From positions 12,720 through 76,719 of the forward strand of contig CAYTCO010000002.1 of the NCBI GenBank assembly GCA_964436385.1: a stretch of 64,000 bases of DNA, in the 5' to 3' direction. Below are positions 43,383-53,505 of this stretch, piece by piece; within the stretch, counting starts at the first letter, position 1; every line of letters begins with the position of its first letter. Below the pieces are notes generated by a model that saw only the letters and a program-made list of their open reading frames with translations, had not been told where the DNA came from and made no database searches. This stretch comes from an uncultured Gammaproteobacteria bacterium (lineage in GTDB: Bacteria; Patescibacteriota; Microgenomatia; Levybacterales; GWA1-39-11). Position numbers and translations under genes: made by a program.

Positions 43383-44705
43383 ATGGCAGTAGTAAGAATT
43401 CCCCCTCACGACGAAGAAGCGGAGCAGGCTGTACTGGGTGCAATCCTAATTGATAAAGATGCAATAATTGCAGTTAGTCAATTAATCTCTCCCGAGAATT
43501 TTTATGATGACAGACATAAGGAAATTTATGCTGCCATGATGTCTTTGTATGAGGAGAGAAAACCTATCGATCTACTTACCTTAACTGACGTTTTAAAAAA
43601 GAAAAAGAGATACGATAAGATCGGTGGTAGCGGTTATCTTTCTTCGTTAACAAATATCGTCCCAACAGCTGCAAATAGCGAATATTACGCCGGAATTATT
43701 AGAGAAAAATACGTCAGACGAAGTCTTATACAAATAAGTTCTGTGATTACCGAAGATGCTTTTACTGATGATATGGAAGCAAATGAAATTCTTTCAACTT
43801 CGGAGCAGCAAATATTTAAGATCTCGCAAGAACATGTTAAGCAAGGATTCATTCACATAAAAGAAACACTAGCTGAAAGTTTTGATAGGCTTGAAGAGCT
43901 GCAAAAGACTGGTGCTGGACTTCGAGGTGTAGAAACCGGTTTTACAGATCTTGATAATTTACTTTCAGGTTTACAGGCATCAAATCTTATAATTCTGGCA
44001 GCACGTCCTGGACAAGGAAAAACAGCATTTGTTATCAATATAGCGCAACATGTGGCAATCGCAAACAAACTTCCAGTAGGTGTATTTTCTTTGGAAATGA
44101 GCAAAGAAGAGTTGGTTGATAGACTTTTAGTAAGTCAAAGCGACATAGATGCTTGGAAACTAAAGACTGGAAGACTACAGGAAGAAGACTATGACAAGCT
44201 GTCTGTTGCTATGGGTGCTCTTGCTGAAGCACCAATTTTTATAGACGACACACCAGGGCTTTCAATACCTGAGATGAGAACCAAAGCTCGTCGTTTGCAA
44301 AGTGAACACAATCTCAAGCTTCTAATCGTTGATTACTTACAACTTGCAAACCCAGGCAAAAAGTTTGAGAACAGAGTGAATGAGGTAAGTTACATTTCTC
44401 AAAGTCTTAAGAATATGGCAAGGGAACTAAAGATCCCTGTTATCGGAGTCTCGCAGTTGTCTCGTGCAGTCGAGCAGAGGGGTGGAGGGAAGCCTCAGCT
44501 TGCAGACCTTCGTGAATCAGGGGCTATTGAGCAGGACGCTGACGTTGTAATGTTTTTGTATTCTGGAGACGAAGAGTTTACGTCTCAGCGCATTGTTAAT
44601 GTTTTGGTCGCAAAGCACAGAAACGGTCCGGTAGGAGAGAAGGAACTTCTTTTCAGAGGTGACCGCATACGCTTTTATAATGTAGAACACTCGACAAAAG
44701 TCTAA
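43383..44705 (+). CDS. dnaB: replicative DNA helicase DnaB
   Basis: PPHDEEAEQAVLGAIL, Walker A ARPGQGKTAF, Walker B LLIVDYLQL and SQLSRAVEQR. Confidence 0.95.
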   Translation: MAVVRIPPHDEEAEQAVLGAILIDKDAIIAVSQLISPENFYDDRHKEIYAAMMSLYEERKPIDLLTLTDVLKKKKRYDKIGGSGYLSSLTNIVPTAANSEYYAGIIREKYVRRSLIQISSVITEDAFTDDMEANEILSTSEQQIFKISQEHVKQGFIHIKETLAESFDRLEELQKTGAGLRGVETGFTDLDNLLSGLQASNLIILAARPGQGKTAFVINIAQHVAIANKLPVGVFSLEMSKEELVDRLLVSQSDIDAWKLKTGRLQEEDYDKLSVAMGALAEAPIFIDDTPGLSIPEMRTKARRLQSEHNLKLLIVDYLQLANPGKKFENRVNEVSYISQSLKNMARELKIPVIGVSQLSRAVEQRGGGKPQLADLRESGAIEQDADVVMFLYSGDEEFTSQRIVNVLVAKHRNGPVGEKELLFRGDRIRFYNVEHSTKV

Positions 44706-44750
44706 ATCTCCCCATTGACTCCTTCGTTCAATTTCTGTTCAATTAGTGTA

Positions 44751-46742
44751 ATGCCTAAGTCGAATTCATCTAAATCTACCGAAGGTCATCCAAGGATTTT
44801 AATAATTCTCGTTATTCTCGTTGCAATAATTGGAGCGTTGTCTATTGCTTACGTTCTTTTCTCAAAGAACGGATACCTTACACAGAAAGTTGCAAGTATT
44901 CCAAAGATTACAAAGCCCTCACCTGATATGTCTCGTGCCCGTACGATGACAGTTGATCCTTCATCAGAAAATGTTATGCAGGTAACAACAAGAGAAAAAG
45001 TTGTCATCACTCTTACTATTCCAAAGGGAGCCATTGATAAAAAGCAAAACATAAAGATGATTCCATACTATTACAACGATAAAAGTGAGGACCCAAGCGC
45101 TGGTGTTATTTTAAGTCCCGGCAATCTTTCATTTAAGCAGCCAGTCACACTATTCTTTGATCTTTCCGATAGCAAGCTTAGAACAGATGGGCCTGAAAAT
45201 GTAGGAAAAATGGAAACCGTTAGGACAACAGGTACTTCACAAGTCCTGATGATAGATCAAAACGCATCTGAGCTGATACCTACTCTTGTTGCTCGAGAAG
45301 TTGAGACAAGTACTCAGCTTAGGGCTCGTATTTTAACCGGGGGTGGATACCTTTTTTCAGTAAATGGACGTGATCAGAAGAGATGGGCTGAGAATGCTAT
45401 GAAAAAGGAAAAGGTAAATTCACTCAGTATTCTTGAGGCGTCAAGGGTTCTTTTGTCTTCAGGTGTAAGTCTGGACAAGAAAGATCGAAGCAAGGCAAAC
45501 GCTGCAGCTGACAAAATTTTAGGTAAAAAACTTCCACCTCCGCATGAAATGGTTGCTGCATTATCTGTAAAAAAGCTTTTGTCAGACACAAAAACAAGTT
45601 TTAATTTGGTTCCCAAGGCATTAGCCCAAGAGGGTTACATTCCTGCAGCTTCATCAACACCTCGCCAAGTTATTGAATTGATGTGCAAGTCAAAGGGTTA
45701 TATGGTCGAAGACTATGTTGGGTTTGCTGCTGCTGCCGCAACTTATGGATACGGTGACCTTCGAGATAGATGCATGACGGTCGCGCTCAATAAAGCAGCG
45801 GATGATGCTCGCAAGCTTCTGGCGGATAAAAATGCAAGCATAAAGTCCATGCTTATTGGACTTAAGAACCTTCAATTCTTGGGGATTGATGAAGCCGATG
45901 CTCTTGGAGAAAAGCTTATGGAGAAGATTAAATGGAAGGCTGAGGATGAGGCAAAGAGGGTAGCATATGATATAGATTCAAAACCTGTGGAATTAGCAAC
46001 AGAGCTTCAGAAGTTGCAAACACTGGGAGTTGAAGGTGCAACTGCCGAAATATTGACTGAAAGGTTGGTTGAGATACTAGATGAGCAGGAGGCAAATATG
46101 CCAACTCCACCACCTGAAGATTACGAAGAGGAATCGGATTACAGCGAGGAGCAAATTCTTGTCGATCAGGCATGGACAATTATTGGAATTGAACTCCTCA
46201 AAGTTATGGGGATTACCGATATTAGCGAAGAGGGTCTTAAGGAGAAGTTCAAGGAAATGTCAGACAACACAACGTTGTTAAATGAAGCGGCATATGAGAT
46301 GTGCAAAGAGCTGGGCGGAGAGGATTGTGACAGTAATTACAATAAGGCAAAAAGTGATCTCGAGGATGCATTGGAAGAAGGGTACAGAGTTGCTGAAGAG
46401 ATAGGATCAGTTCAGAACAGCGAATATGAGGAGCCAGACTATGATGATGCTGGTGGGAATTATTATTTTGAGGAGGATTTGACTCCGACACCGGGAGATG
46501 GAGATTCTGAATCAATGGAGTGGGAATATGAAGATCCTTCAGATCAGTATGAGGATGATCATGTGCAGGAGGAGGAGAGCGAAGAAATATACATGATGGA
46601 ATCTCAAAGCACAGAAGAAGAGAGTGGATCGGAAGATGAAAGCGAGACAGAAAGCTCTGCCGAGGAAGAAGTTGAAGGTGCAAGTACATCAAATCCTATA
46701 CAAATCCTCATTCAGTACATTTCAAAAGTATTTAGCAACTAA
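44751..46742 (+). CDS. hypothetical membrane-anchored protein with a highly acidic C-terminus
   Basis: About 663 aa starting at MPKSNSS. One N-terminal TM helix and an E/D/S-rich tail. Confidence 0.5.
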   Translation: MPKSNSSKSTEGHPRILIILVILVAIIGALSIAYVLFSKNGYLTQKVASIPKITKPSPDMSRARTMTVDPSSENVMQVTTREKVVITLTIPKGAIDKKQNIKMIPYYYNDKSEDPSAGVILSPGNLSFKQPVTLFFDLSDSKLRTDGPENVGKMETVRTTGTSQVLMIDQNASELIPTLVAREVETSTQLRARILTGGGYLFSVNGRDQKRWAENAMKKEKVNSLSILEASRVLLSSGVSLDKKDRSKANAAADKILGKKLPPPHEMVAALSVKKLLSDTKTSFNLVPKALAQEGYIPAASSTPRQVIELMCKSKGYMVEDYVGFAAAAATYGYGDLRDRCMTVALNKAADDARKLLADKNASIKSMLIGLKNLQFLGIDEADALGEKLMEKIKWKAEDEAKRVAYDIDSKPVELATELQKLQTLGVEGATAEILTERLVEILDEQEANMPTPPPEDYEEESDYSEEQILVDQAWTIIGIELLKVMGITDISEEGLKEKFKEMSDNTTLLNEAAYEMCKELGGEDCDSNYNKAKSDLEDALEEGYRVAEEIGSVQNSEYEEPDYDDAGGNYYFEEDLTPTPGDGDSESMEWEYEDPSDQYEDDHVQEEESEEIYMMESQSTEEESGSEDESETESSAEEEVEGASTSNPIQILIQYISKVFSN

Positions 46743-46765
46743 TGCGGGAGTGAGTTTGATTCCTG

Positions 46766-47158
46766 CTAAACTTTAACCCCGCGTCTTTTTAGCTGCTTTG
46801 ACTTTTTCAATGAATGTTTTTCGCACCGGAATTCAGGATATCTATCTTTAGATTTGTCATAATTTGATGCTTGAACAAGTCTGTAGCCTCTACATAACTT
46901 TCCACAATCGACACATCTCACATTTTCTCGTACTTCCCACTGAGAGGAAAGACTTTTTGAGGTAAAGATAAAACTATCTACCCAGAAGAATATAAGTCCA
47001 CCGATGAAATTGGCAATAGTTGCAGCAACCCAGTCTTCAGTTGTCCCAAAAATTGAAGGGGAGTGCTTGAACCAAGCGACTATTGGTGCTAGTAGTGGGG
47101 TAGACAATTGCCAGCGGATTAGATAAAGAGCGTAGCGTTTGTAATTTACCTTTATCAT
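46766..47158 (-). CDS. hypothetical membrane protein with C-terminal Cys4 motif
   Basis: 130 aa with 2-3 TM helices followed by CVDCGKLC...CEKH. Confidence 0.45.
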   Translation of the reverse strand: MIKVNYKRYALYLIRWQLSTPLLAPIVAWFKHSPSIFGTTEDWVAATIANFIGGLIFFWVDSFIFTSKSLSSQWEVRENVRCVDCGKLCRGYRLVQASNYDKSKDRYPEFRCEKHSLKKSKQLKRRGVKV

Positions 47159-47205
47159 CTATTGGCTAATAACTATTGTCTAATAACTATCGACTAATTT
47201 AGATG

Positions 47206-47290
47206 TGCCGCGGGAGGGACTCGAACCCTCATGACCAAAAAAGATCATTAGTTTTTGAGACTAACCTGTATACCATTCCAGCACCGCGGC
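47206..47290 (-). tRNA. tRNA-Leu (anticodon CAA), class II with long variable arm
   Basis: Manual cloverleaf: acceptor GCCGCGG/CCGCGGC, D stem CTG/CAG with a GG loop, anticodon stem TTAGT/ACTAA with loop CTCAAAA, a 17-nt variable arm (TGATC-TTTTTT-GGTCA), T arm GAGGG-TTCGAGT-CCCTC and discriminator A. CCA is not encoded. Confidence 0.9.
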
Positions 47291-47292
47291 TT

Positions 47293-47541
47293 CTATTTTC
47301 CAAACAGATTCTTCTTCATCCAGCGGCGTCCTGCCGCAGATTTGAGATATCTTTCTCTTAACACGGATTCTTCTCTGGTTTCGAATAACTCTTTGTGAAT
47401 CAAAACCCAAGGTTTAAACTTCTTTGTAAACGAACTTTCACCTCGATTATGTTCCCATAAACTATTTTCCAAATTACTTGTATATCCAACATATGTTTTA
47501 TCTTTAAGTTTGCTTAATAAAATATACGTTATATATTTCAC
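47293..47541 (-). CDS. GIY-YIG nuclease-family protein (UPF0213-like), intact
   Basis: 82 aa with a GTG start. YILLSK...TYVGYTSNLENSLWEHN and RERYLKSAAGRRW. It starts inside the duplicated tRNA D-arm sequence. Confidence 0.75.
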   Translation of the reverse strand: MKYITYILLSKLKDKTYVGYTSNLENSLWEHNRGESSFTKKFKPWVLIHKELFETREESVLRERYLKSAAGRRWMKKNLFGK

Positions 47542-47603
47542 CTGTATACCATTTCCGCCTCGGCTCGTTTCACTCGCCTTGCGAGACGGGCCAGCACCGT
47601 GGC
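47541..47603 (-). pseudogene. decayed duplicate of the tRNA-Leu 5' half (acceptor 5' strand plus D arm) with a 37-nt insertion
   Basis: On the minus strand, GCCACGGTGCTGG, a 37-nt GC-rich insert and AATGGTATACAGG match tRNA positions 1-26 (GCCGCGGTGCTGGAATGGTATACAGG) with one mismatch. Confidence 0.75.
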
Positions 47604-47663
47604 GTTTGTCTTTTGAACTTATTTATTATAATATACTCAAGTCCTTTTCGCTAAGGTATTCAA

Positions 47664-50231
47664 ATGATTAAAAAGCAATCCTCATCAGTATTTCTGCCCA
47701 ACCATATTTTACCTAGCCATTACGATATTTTTCTAAGCCCAGATCTTGATAATTTTGTTTTCGAAGGCGAAGAGTCGATAAGTATTGAAGTTAAAAAACC
47801 TGAGTCATTAGTCCTTTTACATTGTGCTGAGATTGAGGTTCTGGAAGCGCTAGTTTTAGTTGGGAAGAGATTAATTTCTTCTAAGAAAATTTCTTACAGC
47901 AAAAAATCCGAAACGGTATCGATCACATTTTCATCAGTTATTCCAAAAGGAAAAGCAAAAATAAAACTTAAATTTGCAGGTATTCTTAACGACAAAATGA
48001 GAGGATTTTACAGAAGCCGCTACGAGCACGAAGGTAAGACGTATCATATGGGTGTTACTCAATTTGAATCAACAGATGCCAGAAGGGCTTTCCCATGCTT
48101 TGACGAACCGGCAAAAAAAGCTACGTTTGACGTTTCATTAAGAGTGCCATTTGATAGAACTGTTATTTCAAACACATTGGAAGAAGAGGTTGTCGAGCAT
48201 GAAGGTGGTTATAAAGTGGTCAAATTTGAACGTTCACCAAAAATGTCTAGCTATTTACTCGCCTTCATAATTGGTCATTTTGAATACGTTGAGAAGACAA
48301 CAAAAGAAGGGGTTAAAGTCAGGGTGTACGTTACTCCCGGAAAGAAGCACCAGGCTAAATTTGCATTAGAGGTGGCGGTTAAGGTAATGAGTTTTTACCA
48401 CAATTACTTTGGAATTGCTTATCCACTTCCGACAATGGATCTGATAGCAATTCCAGATTTTGCTAATGGAGCGATGGAAAATTGGGGAGCCGTAACATAC
48501 AGGGAATCGGCATTACTTTTTGACGAGGATCATTCATCCCTTCACACGAAGCAGTGGGTTGCAATAATTATTGCGCATGAACTTGCTCATCAGTGGTTTG
48601 GCAATTTAGTAACGATGAAGTGGTGGACTCATCTTTGGTTGAATGAGGGATTTGCATCGTTCATGGAGTATGTTGCGGTTGACAAGCTTTTTCCAGAATG
48701 GAATATTTGGACACAATTTGCCTTTACAGAACAAGCAAAGGCTTTATCTTTGGATGGTATGACGAATACTCATGCAATTGAGATTCCCGTACATCATCCT
48801 GGTGAGATAAGTGAAATCTTTGATGCGGTTTCGTATTCAAAAGGAGCCTCGGTTATTAAAATGCTTCAGGACTATATAGGTGAGGAAAATTTTCAAAAAG
48901 GCCTTCAGGTGTATCTTAAAAAGCACCAATATGACAATGCCGAAACTGAGGATTTATGGCGTGCATTGCAGAAGACTTCAAAAAAGCCAGTCGAGAAAAT
49001 TATGAAGAATTGGACATCAAACCCTGGATACCCATTGTTAACCTTAAGTAAAAAGAAGGATAAGCTAATGATTTCTCAGGAAAGATTCTATTCAAGTATT
49101 TCAAAGAAGAATAGGAAGGGTGAAAAATGGTTGGTTCCCATATCAATTATTTCAGATGATACTAAAAAGGAGATTAGTTTGCTTGTTGATCATGAAGCAA
49201 AAACAATTGATGGATTTTCAAAAAGTTCATGGATTAAGGTTAACTCAAATGACACAAGTTTTGTTAGGGTTAAGTATCCATTAGAACTTGCTGTTACCTT
49301 AGAAAAACCAATCAGGGAACTAGATCAGAAGTTGGGAGAAGTGGGGAGATTTGCTTTGGTGAGAGATGCTTTTGCTTTAGTTGAAGGTGGCTATGGCCGT
49401 TCAGATGAAGCCTTAAGATTGTTGTCCTATTACAATGATGAAAATAGTTACATTATTTGGGCAGAAATTGTAACTCACCTCTTGGAATATAAGAATTTAC
49501 TTTCAAATCAGAACACAAGTAAGATGTTTGATAATTTTTCCTTAAAACTGCTTTCTGGTATTGCCGAAAGAGTGGGAAGTGCAAAGAGCAAAGGCGAAAC
49601 TCATGAACAGACTTTACTTAGAAGCACTGTATTATTTGCTTTTGGTGCCTTTGGTGATAAAAAAACAATTGATTTTGCAAAGAAATTGTTTGTTGCTGCG
49701 ATGGCGGGTAGGAAAATTGATTCTGATTTAAAGTCGGCCTCATATGCATTAGTGGCTTTGTATGGTGGAAAAGTCGAGTTTGAGAAGTTATTGGATATTT
49801 ACTTAAAGATTGGATCTGAAGAGGAGAAAGACAGGGCTCTTCGCGCCATGTGCTCATTTTCAGACAGAAAGTTTTTGAAGAGAGTCTTGATGATAGGTTT
49901 TTCAAAAGATGTTAGGGCTCAGGATGCATTTAAGGTTGTGTATCTTATGTCAGGTAATCCGAAAGCTATAGATTTGGTTTGGGAGTATTTGAAGGAACAT
50001 TGGGAGGAGGTAGTCGAGAGATTTGCAGGTGGACACCTTTTCTCAAGGTTTATCTCACCTTTTTCAAAATTTACGAGTTACGAAAAAGCTGATGAGGTGG
50101 AGCAATTTTTCAAGAAACACAAACAAGAAGGTGTGGAAAGAACTTTAGCACAAACACTTGAAAAAATTCGATCAAATGCAGCACTTCTTGAAAGAGATGG
50201 GAAGTTGATCGAGAATTTGCTAAAAGGCTAA
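47664..50231 (+). CDS. pepN: M1-family aminopeptidase N
   Basis: 855 aa. GAMENWG, HELAHQWFGNLVT...WLNEG (HExxH+E) and a C-terminal ERAP1-like helical domain. Confidence 0.9.
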   Translation: MIKKQSSSVFLPNHILPSHYDIFLSPDLDNFVFEGEESISIEVKKPESLVLLHCAEIEVLEALVLVGKRLISSKKISYSKKSETVSITFSSVIPKGKAKIKLKFAGILNDKMRGFYRSRYEHEGKTYHMGVTQFESTDARRAFPCFDEPAKKATFDVSLRVPFDRTVISNTLEEEVVEHEGGYKVVKFERSPKMSSYLLAFIIGHFEYVEKTTKEGVKVRVYVTPGKKHQAKFALEVAVKVMSFYHNYFGIAYPLPTMDLIAIPDFANGAMENWGAVTYRESALLFDEDHSSLHTKQWVAIIIAHELAHQWFGNLVTMKWWTHLWLNEGFASFMEYVAVDKLFPEWNIWTQFAFTEQAKALSLDGMTNTHAIEIPVHHPGEISEIFDAVSYSKGASVIKMLQDYIGEENFQKGLQVYLKKHQYDNAETEDLWRALQKTSKKPVEKIMKNWTSNPGYPLLTLSKKKDKLMISQERFYSSISKKNRKGEKWLVPISIISDDTKKEISLLVDHEAKTIDGFSKSSWIKVNSNDTSFVRVKYPLELAVTLEKPIRELDQKLGEVGRFALVRDAFALVEGGYGRSDEALRLLSYYNDENSYIIWAEIVTHLLEYKNLLSNQNTSKMFDNFSLKLLSGIAERVGSAKSKGETHEQTLLRSTVLFAFGAFGDKKTIDFAKKLFVAAMAGRKIDSDLKSASYALVALYGGKVEFEKLLDIYLKIGSEEEKDRALRAMCSFSDRKFLKRVLMIGFSKDVRAQDAFKVVYLMSGNPKAIDLVWEYLKEHWEEVVERFAGGHLFSRFISPFSKFTSYEKADEVEQFFKKHKQEGVERTLAQTLEKIRSNAALLERDGKLIENLLKG

Positions 50232-50259
50232 TTCCCAGGTAGAATAGTAGCTTCAGAGT

Positions 50260-50814
50260 ATGATTTCAGTAACGGATCTAAAATCAGGGGTTGCGTATCA
50301 AGAAGATGGCCAAATTCTTCAGGTAATCTCATACGAACACATAAAAATGGGTAGGGGAAGTGCCAACATTAAGGTTAAGGTTAGAAACTTAATGAATGGC
50401 TCAACTCTTGAAAAAAGTTATATTAACGGAGCAAACGTTGATGATATTTATCTTGAAAGCAGACAACTGCAATTTCTCTATAAGGATACTCAAACAGCAA
50501 ATTTCATGGATCCTAAGACATACGAGCAGTTAGAGGTTCCTTTGCAGAGTTTGGCTGGACACGAGTTTCTTATCGAGGGTGAGAACGCAATAGTGCAGAT
50601 GCATAATGGTCATGCCTTGTCTTTGCAATTGCCTCCAAAAGTAGCTCTAAAGGTAGCAGATACCGCACCTGGGGTAAAGGGAAATAGTGCCTCTAACGTT
50701 TACAAAGATGCAACTCTTGAGAATGGCATGAATGTTAGGGTTCCTCTTTTTATAAATCAGGGTGACAGTATTGTTGTAGATACCAGGGATGGAAGTTATA
50801 CTAAGAGAGCTTAA
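50260..50814 (+). CDS. efp: elongation factor P
   Basis: 184 aa. The KMGRGSANIKVKVRNL region and the three-domain length typical of EF-P. Confidence 0.95.
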   Translation: MISVTDLKSGVAYQEDGQILQVISYEHIKMGRGSANIKVKVRNLMNGSTLEKSYINGANVDDIYLESRQLQFLYKDTQTANFMDPKTYEQLEVPLQSLAGHEFLIEGENAIVQMHNGHALSLQLPPKVALKVADTAPGVKGNSASNVYKDATLENGMNVRVPLFINQGDSIVVDTRDGSYTKRA

Positions 50815-50825
50815 AATTCCTTAGT

Positions 50826-52100
50826 ATGCGGTTCAAAAAATTTTCTGACAACAATCTTTTAGCTCTTCTTCTTAGACCCCAATTTGTTGTATTTGCTCTC
50901 TCCGTAGTTTTTTCACAGATTGCTAGTAACATGCTCAATTTGGTTCTCATTGTGCTTACATATAACATTACGCAATCCAGTTTTGCTGTCTCAGTGCTAG
51001 TTCTTGCTTTCTTACTGCCTCAAGTACTGTTTAGTTTTTTGGGTGGGATTATTGCGGATGCTAAAAACAAAAGAAAAATACTTATCTTTGGAAATTTAGC
51101 ACGAGCCTTGATTCTTGTTGTCTTCTTTTTTGTGAAAGATACGCTTGCATTCATATACATATTTATGCTGGTTGTTGCTGTTGTCACACAGTTTTATATT
51201 CCGGCGGAAGCTCCATTCATTCCTCACTTGGTTAAGAAAAAGCAACTACTGGCTGCAAATGCTATATTTGGTGTCTGTCTTTTTGGATCTATATTAATTG
51301 GCTATGTTGCTGCAGGGCCTGCTATGAGAATTTTTGGAAGCAACGGTGTATTCATTTTTATGGCAGCTCTTTTTGTGTTGTCATATGTTTGCGTACAATT
51401 TATTCCGAACGTGTCGCTCTCAAATAGAAAACTTAGAACAGAAAAAACTGTAATAGGGAATGCGATACGCTTATACAAGCTTGTTCTGGCAGAATTTATT
51501 GAAGTTCTTCATCTTTTACGTGAGAAGAGAAGCGTTGCTAGCTCGTTTTTATTCCTGGCACTTTCGCAGGTAATCATTCTAGTTCTTGCAACAATTATTC
51601 CTGACTATGCTAGAAAAACATTACAAATTCCAGCTGAGGATATATCACTAGTAATTTTTGCTCCCGCAGCTTTTGGTATGCTTGTTGCATCATTTGTGAT
51701 CGGTAGTAAGTTTGTGAAATTTAGTCATGAGCGGACAATTGATATTGGTATATTTCTTTCAAGTTTTATTTTAGTTCTTTTTGGGATTATCGATCAACAA
51801 AAACAAGTAAATTTAGTCTATTTTGCCCTTGCTGTAACGTTTTTGGCAGGGGTTGCAAACGCATGTATTTTTGTACCCGCACAGACAATAATTCAAACAA
51901 ATGTAAGCCATAAATCTTTGTCGAAGGTTTTTGGGCTGTTGTTTTTAGTCGTTGGAATCGTAGCATTTGTGCCTTTAATAATAACGGGTGTTTTTGCTGA
52001 TGTTTTAGGTGTTAGGGTTGTCCTTAGTGGCATTGGTTTTTCGTTGTTGGTTTTGGGACTTATTAAGTTAGTCGTTCTTAAAGACAAGATATCTATATGA
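50826..52100 (+). CDS. MFS-type transporter
   Basis: 424 aa with about 12 TM helices and a G..AD....RK-like loop (GGIIADAKNKRK). Confidence 0.7.
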   Translation: MRFKKFSDNNLLALLLRPQFVVFALSVVFSQIASNMLNLVLIVLTYNITQSSFAVSVLVLAFLLPQVLFSFLGGIIADAKNKRKILIFGNLARALILVVFFFVKDTLAFIYIFMLVVAVVTQFYIPAEAPFIPHLVKKKQLLAANAIFGVCLFGSILIGYVAAGPAMRIFGSNGVFIFMAALFVLSYVCVQFIPNVSLSNRKLRTEKTVIGNAIRLYKLVLAEFIEVLHLLREKRSVASSFLFLALSQVIILVLATIIPDYARKTLQIPAEDISLVIFAPAAFGMLVASFVIGSKFVKFSHERTIDIGIFLSSFILVLFGIIDQQKQVNLVYFALAVTFLAGVANACIFVPAQTIIQTNVSHKSLSKVFGLLFLVVGIVAFVPLIITGVFADVLGVRVVLSGIGFSLLVLGLIKLVVLKDKISI

Positions 52101-52753
52101 TCTTACTTTATCTTTTTGCCATTTTTCTTTCTCTTTTTATTTTATATGCCGTTTCTAGGCATGATTTTGTCCTTCTTAGACAGAGTATCTCCTTAAGACA
52201 AGTCTTTGATAATGTTTTCATAAGCCTTTTTGTTTTTTTTATCACATCGCGTTTTTTTCACATCATTTACTCGCAATCATATGAGTTAATTAATCCTTTA
52301 AAATTTTTCTATCTAACCAAGCATTGGGGTATTTTGCCATATGCAGGTTTTGTTGGCGTAGTTATTGCGATTTTATGTCTCTACAGAAAAAAGAAAAATA
52401 AGCTTCGCGTTCTGGATATTTATTTCATTTCGTTTACTCCAATTATTATTCTCGATATTTTACTTAAAGAGAATAGTTTTATTATGTTGTCTATAAAAGT
52501 AGTTTCGGTAATTGTTCTTGTTCTTTTTTATGGCTGGTTTATTAAGATTCATAACAAATTTACAACGAAAGATGGATTCATAACCTTAATGACGGCAATT
52601 ACATACTCTCTGGTTTCACTTGCTTTCTCGTTTGCATCAAGTGGTATTTTTTCGCAGAAATACTTATGGTTTAATATCAGTCTTGTATTGGCAACTATTA
52701 CTTCAAGCATTTTTCTAGTACTCGTACAGAAAGATTTTTTCAATAAACAATGA
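52097..52753 (+). CDS. hypothetical polytopic membrane protein
   Basis: 218 aa with about 6 TM helices. ATGA overlap with the MFS gene. No catalytic motif recognised. Confidence 0.5.
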   Translation: MILLYLFAIFLSLFILYAVSRHDFVLLRQSISLRQVFDNVFISLFVFFITSRFFHIIYSQSYELINPLKFFYLTKHWGILPYAGFVGVVIAILCLYRKKKNKLRVLDIYFISFTPIIILDILLKENSFIMLSIKVVSVIVLVLFYGWFIKIHNKFTTKDGFITLMTAITYSLVSLAFSFASSGIFSQKYLWFNISLVLATITSSIFLVLVQKDFFNKQ

Positions 52754-53490
52754 ATCCTCAAATAATATTTTCCGATGCTAATCTTGTTGTAATAAACAAA
52801 CCAAGCGGAATGATTGTGAATAAGGCCGATACCAATCGGGATCTTTTTACTATTCAGGATTGGATACTGCAAAACTTTAAACTTAAAACCGAAAGCTTAA
52901 AAGATGCCGCTGATTCTGAGTTTATAAAACGCGGTGGAATTGTACATAGGTTAGATAAGGAGACAAGTGGTGTTCTCATTATCGCTTTGAATGAGGATGC
53001 TTTTGTTTTTTTGCAACAGCAATTCAAAGAAAGAGAAGTTAAGAAAGAGTACGTTGCGCTTTGTCATGGGAAGATGATAGAAGAAGGGGAAATAAATGTT
53101 CCCATAGGGCGCCTCCCCTGGAATAGAACAAGATTTGGCGTAATTCCTCGGGGACGGGAGTCCTATACAAAGTTCAAAACTTTAAGTCATTATGTCTTCA
53201 AGGAGGGAAGGGTGAGTGAAGAGTTGAGTTTAGTGAGGGTGTTGCCACTAACCGGTAGAACGCATCAAATAAGAGTTCACATGCAATACGCTGGACATCC
53301 AATTTTTGCTGACTCATTGTATGGTGGAAGGAAAGCTTATGCTAGGGACAAGAGATACTTAAACAGACACTTTCTCCATGCACAAAAATTGACAATAAAG
53401 AACCCAGAAACAAAAAAATTAACCACTTTCGAAGCCCCGCTGTCCCAAGAGCTTGTTTCTTTTTTGAAATTGTTGACTGTCGTGCGGTAG
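52750..53490 (+). CDS. RluA-family pseudouridine synthase
   Basis: HRLDKETSGVLIIA (catalytic Asp motif) and GRTHQIRVH. Confidence 0.85.
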   Translation: MNPQIIFSDANLVVINKPSGMIVNKADTNRDLFTIQDWILQNFKLKTESLKDAADSEFIKRGGIVHRLDKETSGVLIIALNEDAFVFLQQQFKEREVKKEYVALCHGKMIEEGEINVPIGRLPWNRTRFGVIPRGRESYTKFKTLSHYVFKEGRVSEELSLVRVLPLTGRTHQIRVHMQYAGHPIFADSLYGGRKAYARDKRYLNRHFLHAQKLTIKNPETKKLTTFEAPLSQELVSFLKLLTVVR

Positions 53491-53505
53491 TATAATATTG
53501 TTCAT

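Noticed and set aside
46249-46692. Minus-strand 147-aa ORF
   Set aside because: It is antisense to the acidic tail of the 44751-46742 gene, and its His/Pro/Leu-rich composition is typical of the reverse frame of GAA/GAT-rich DNA.
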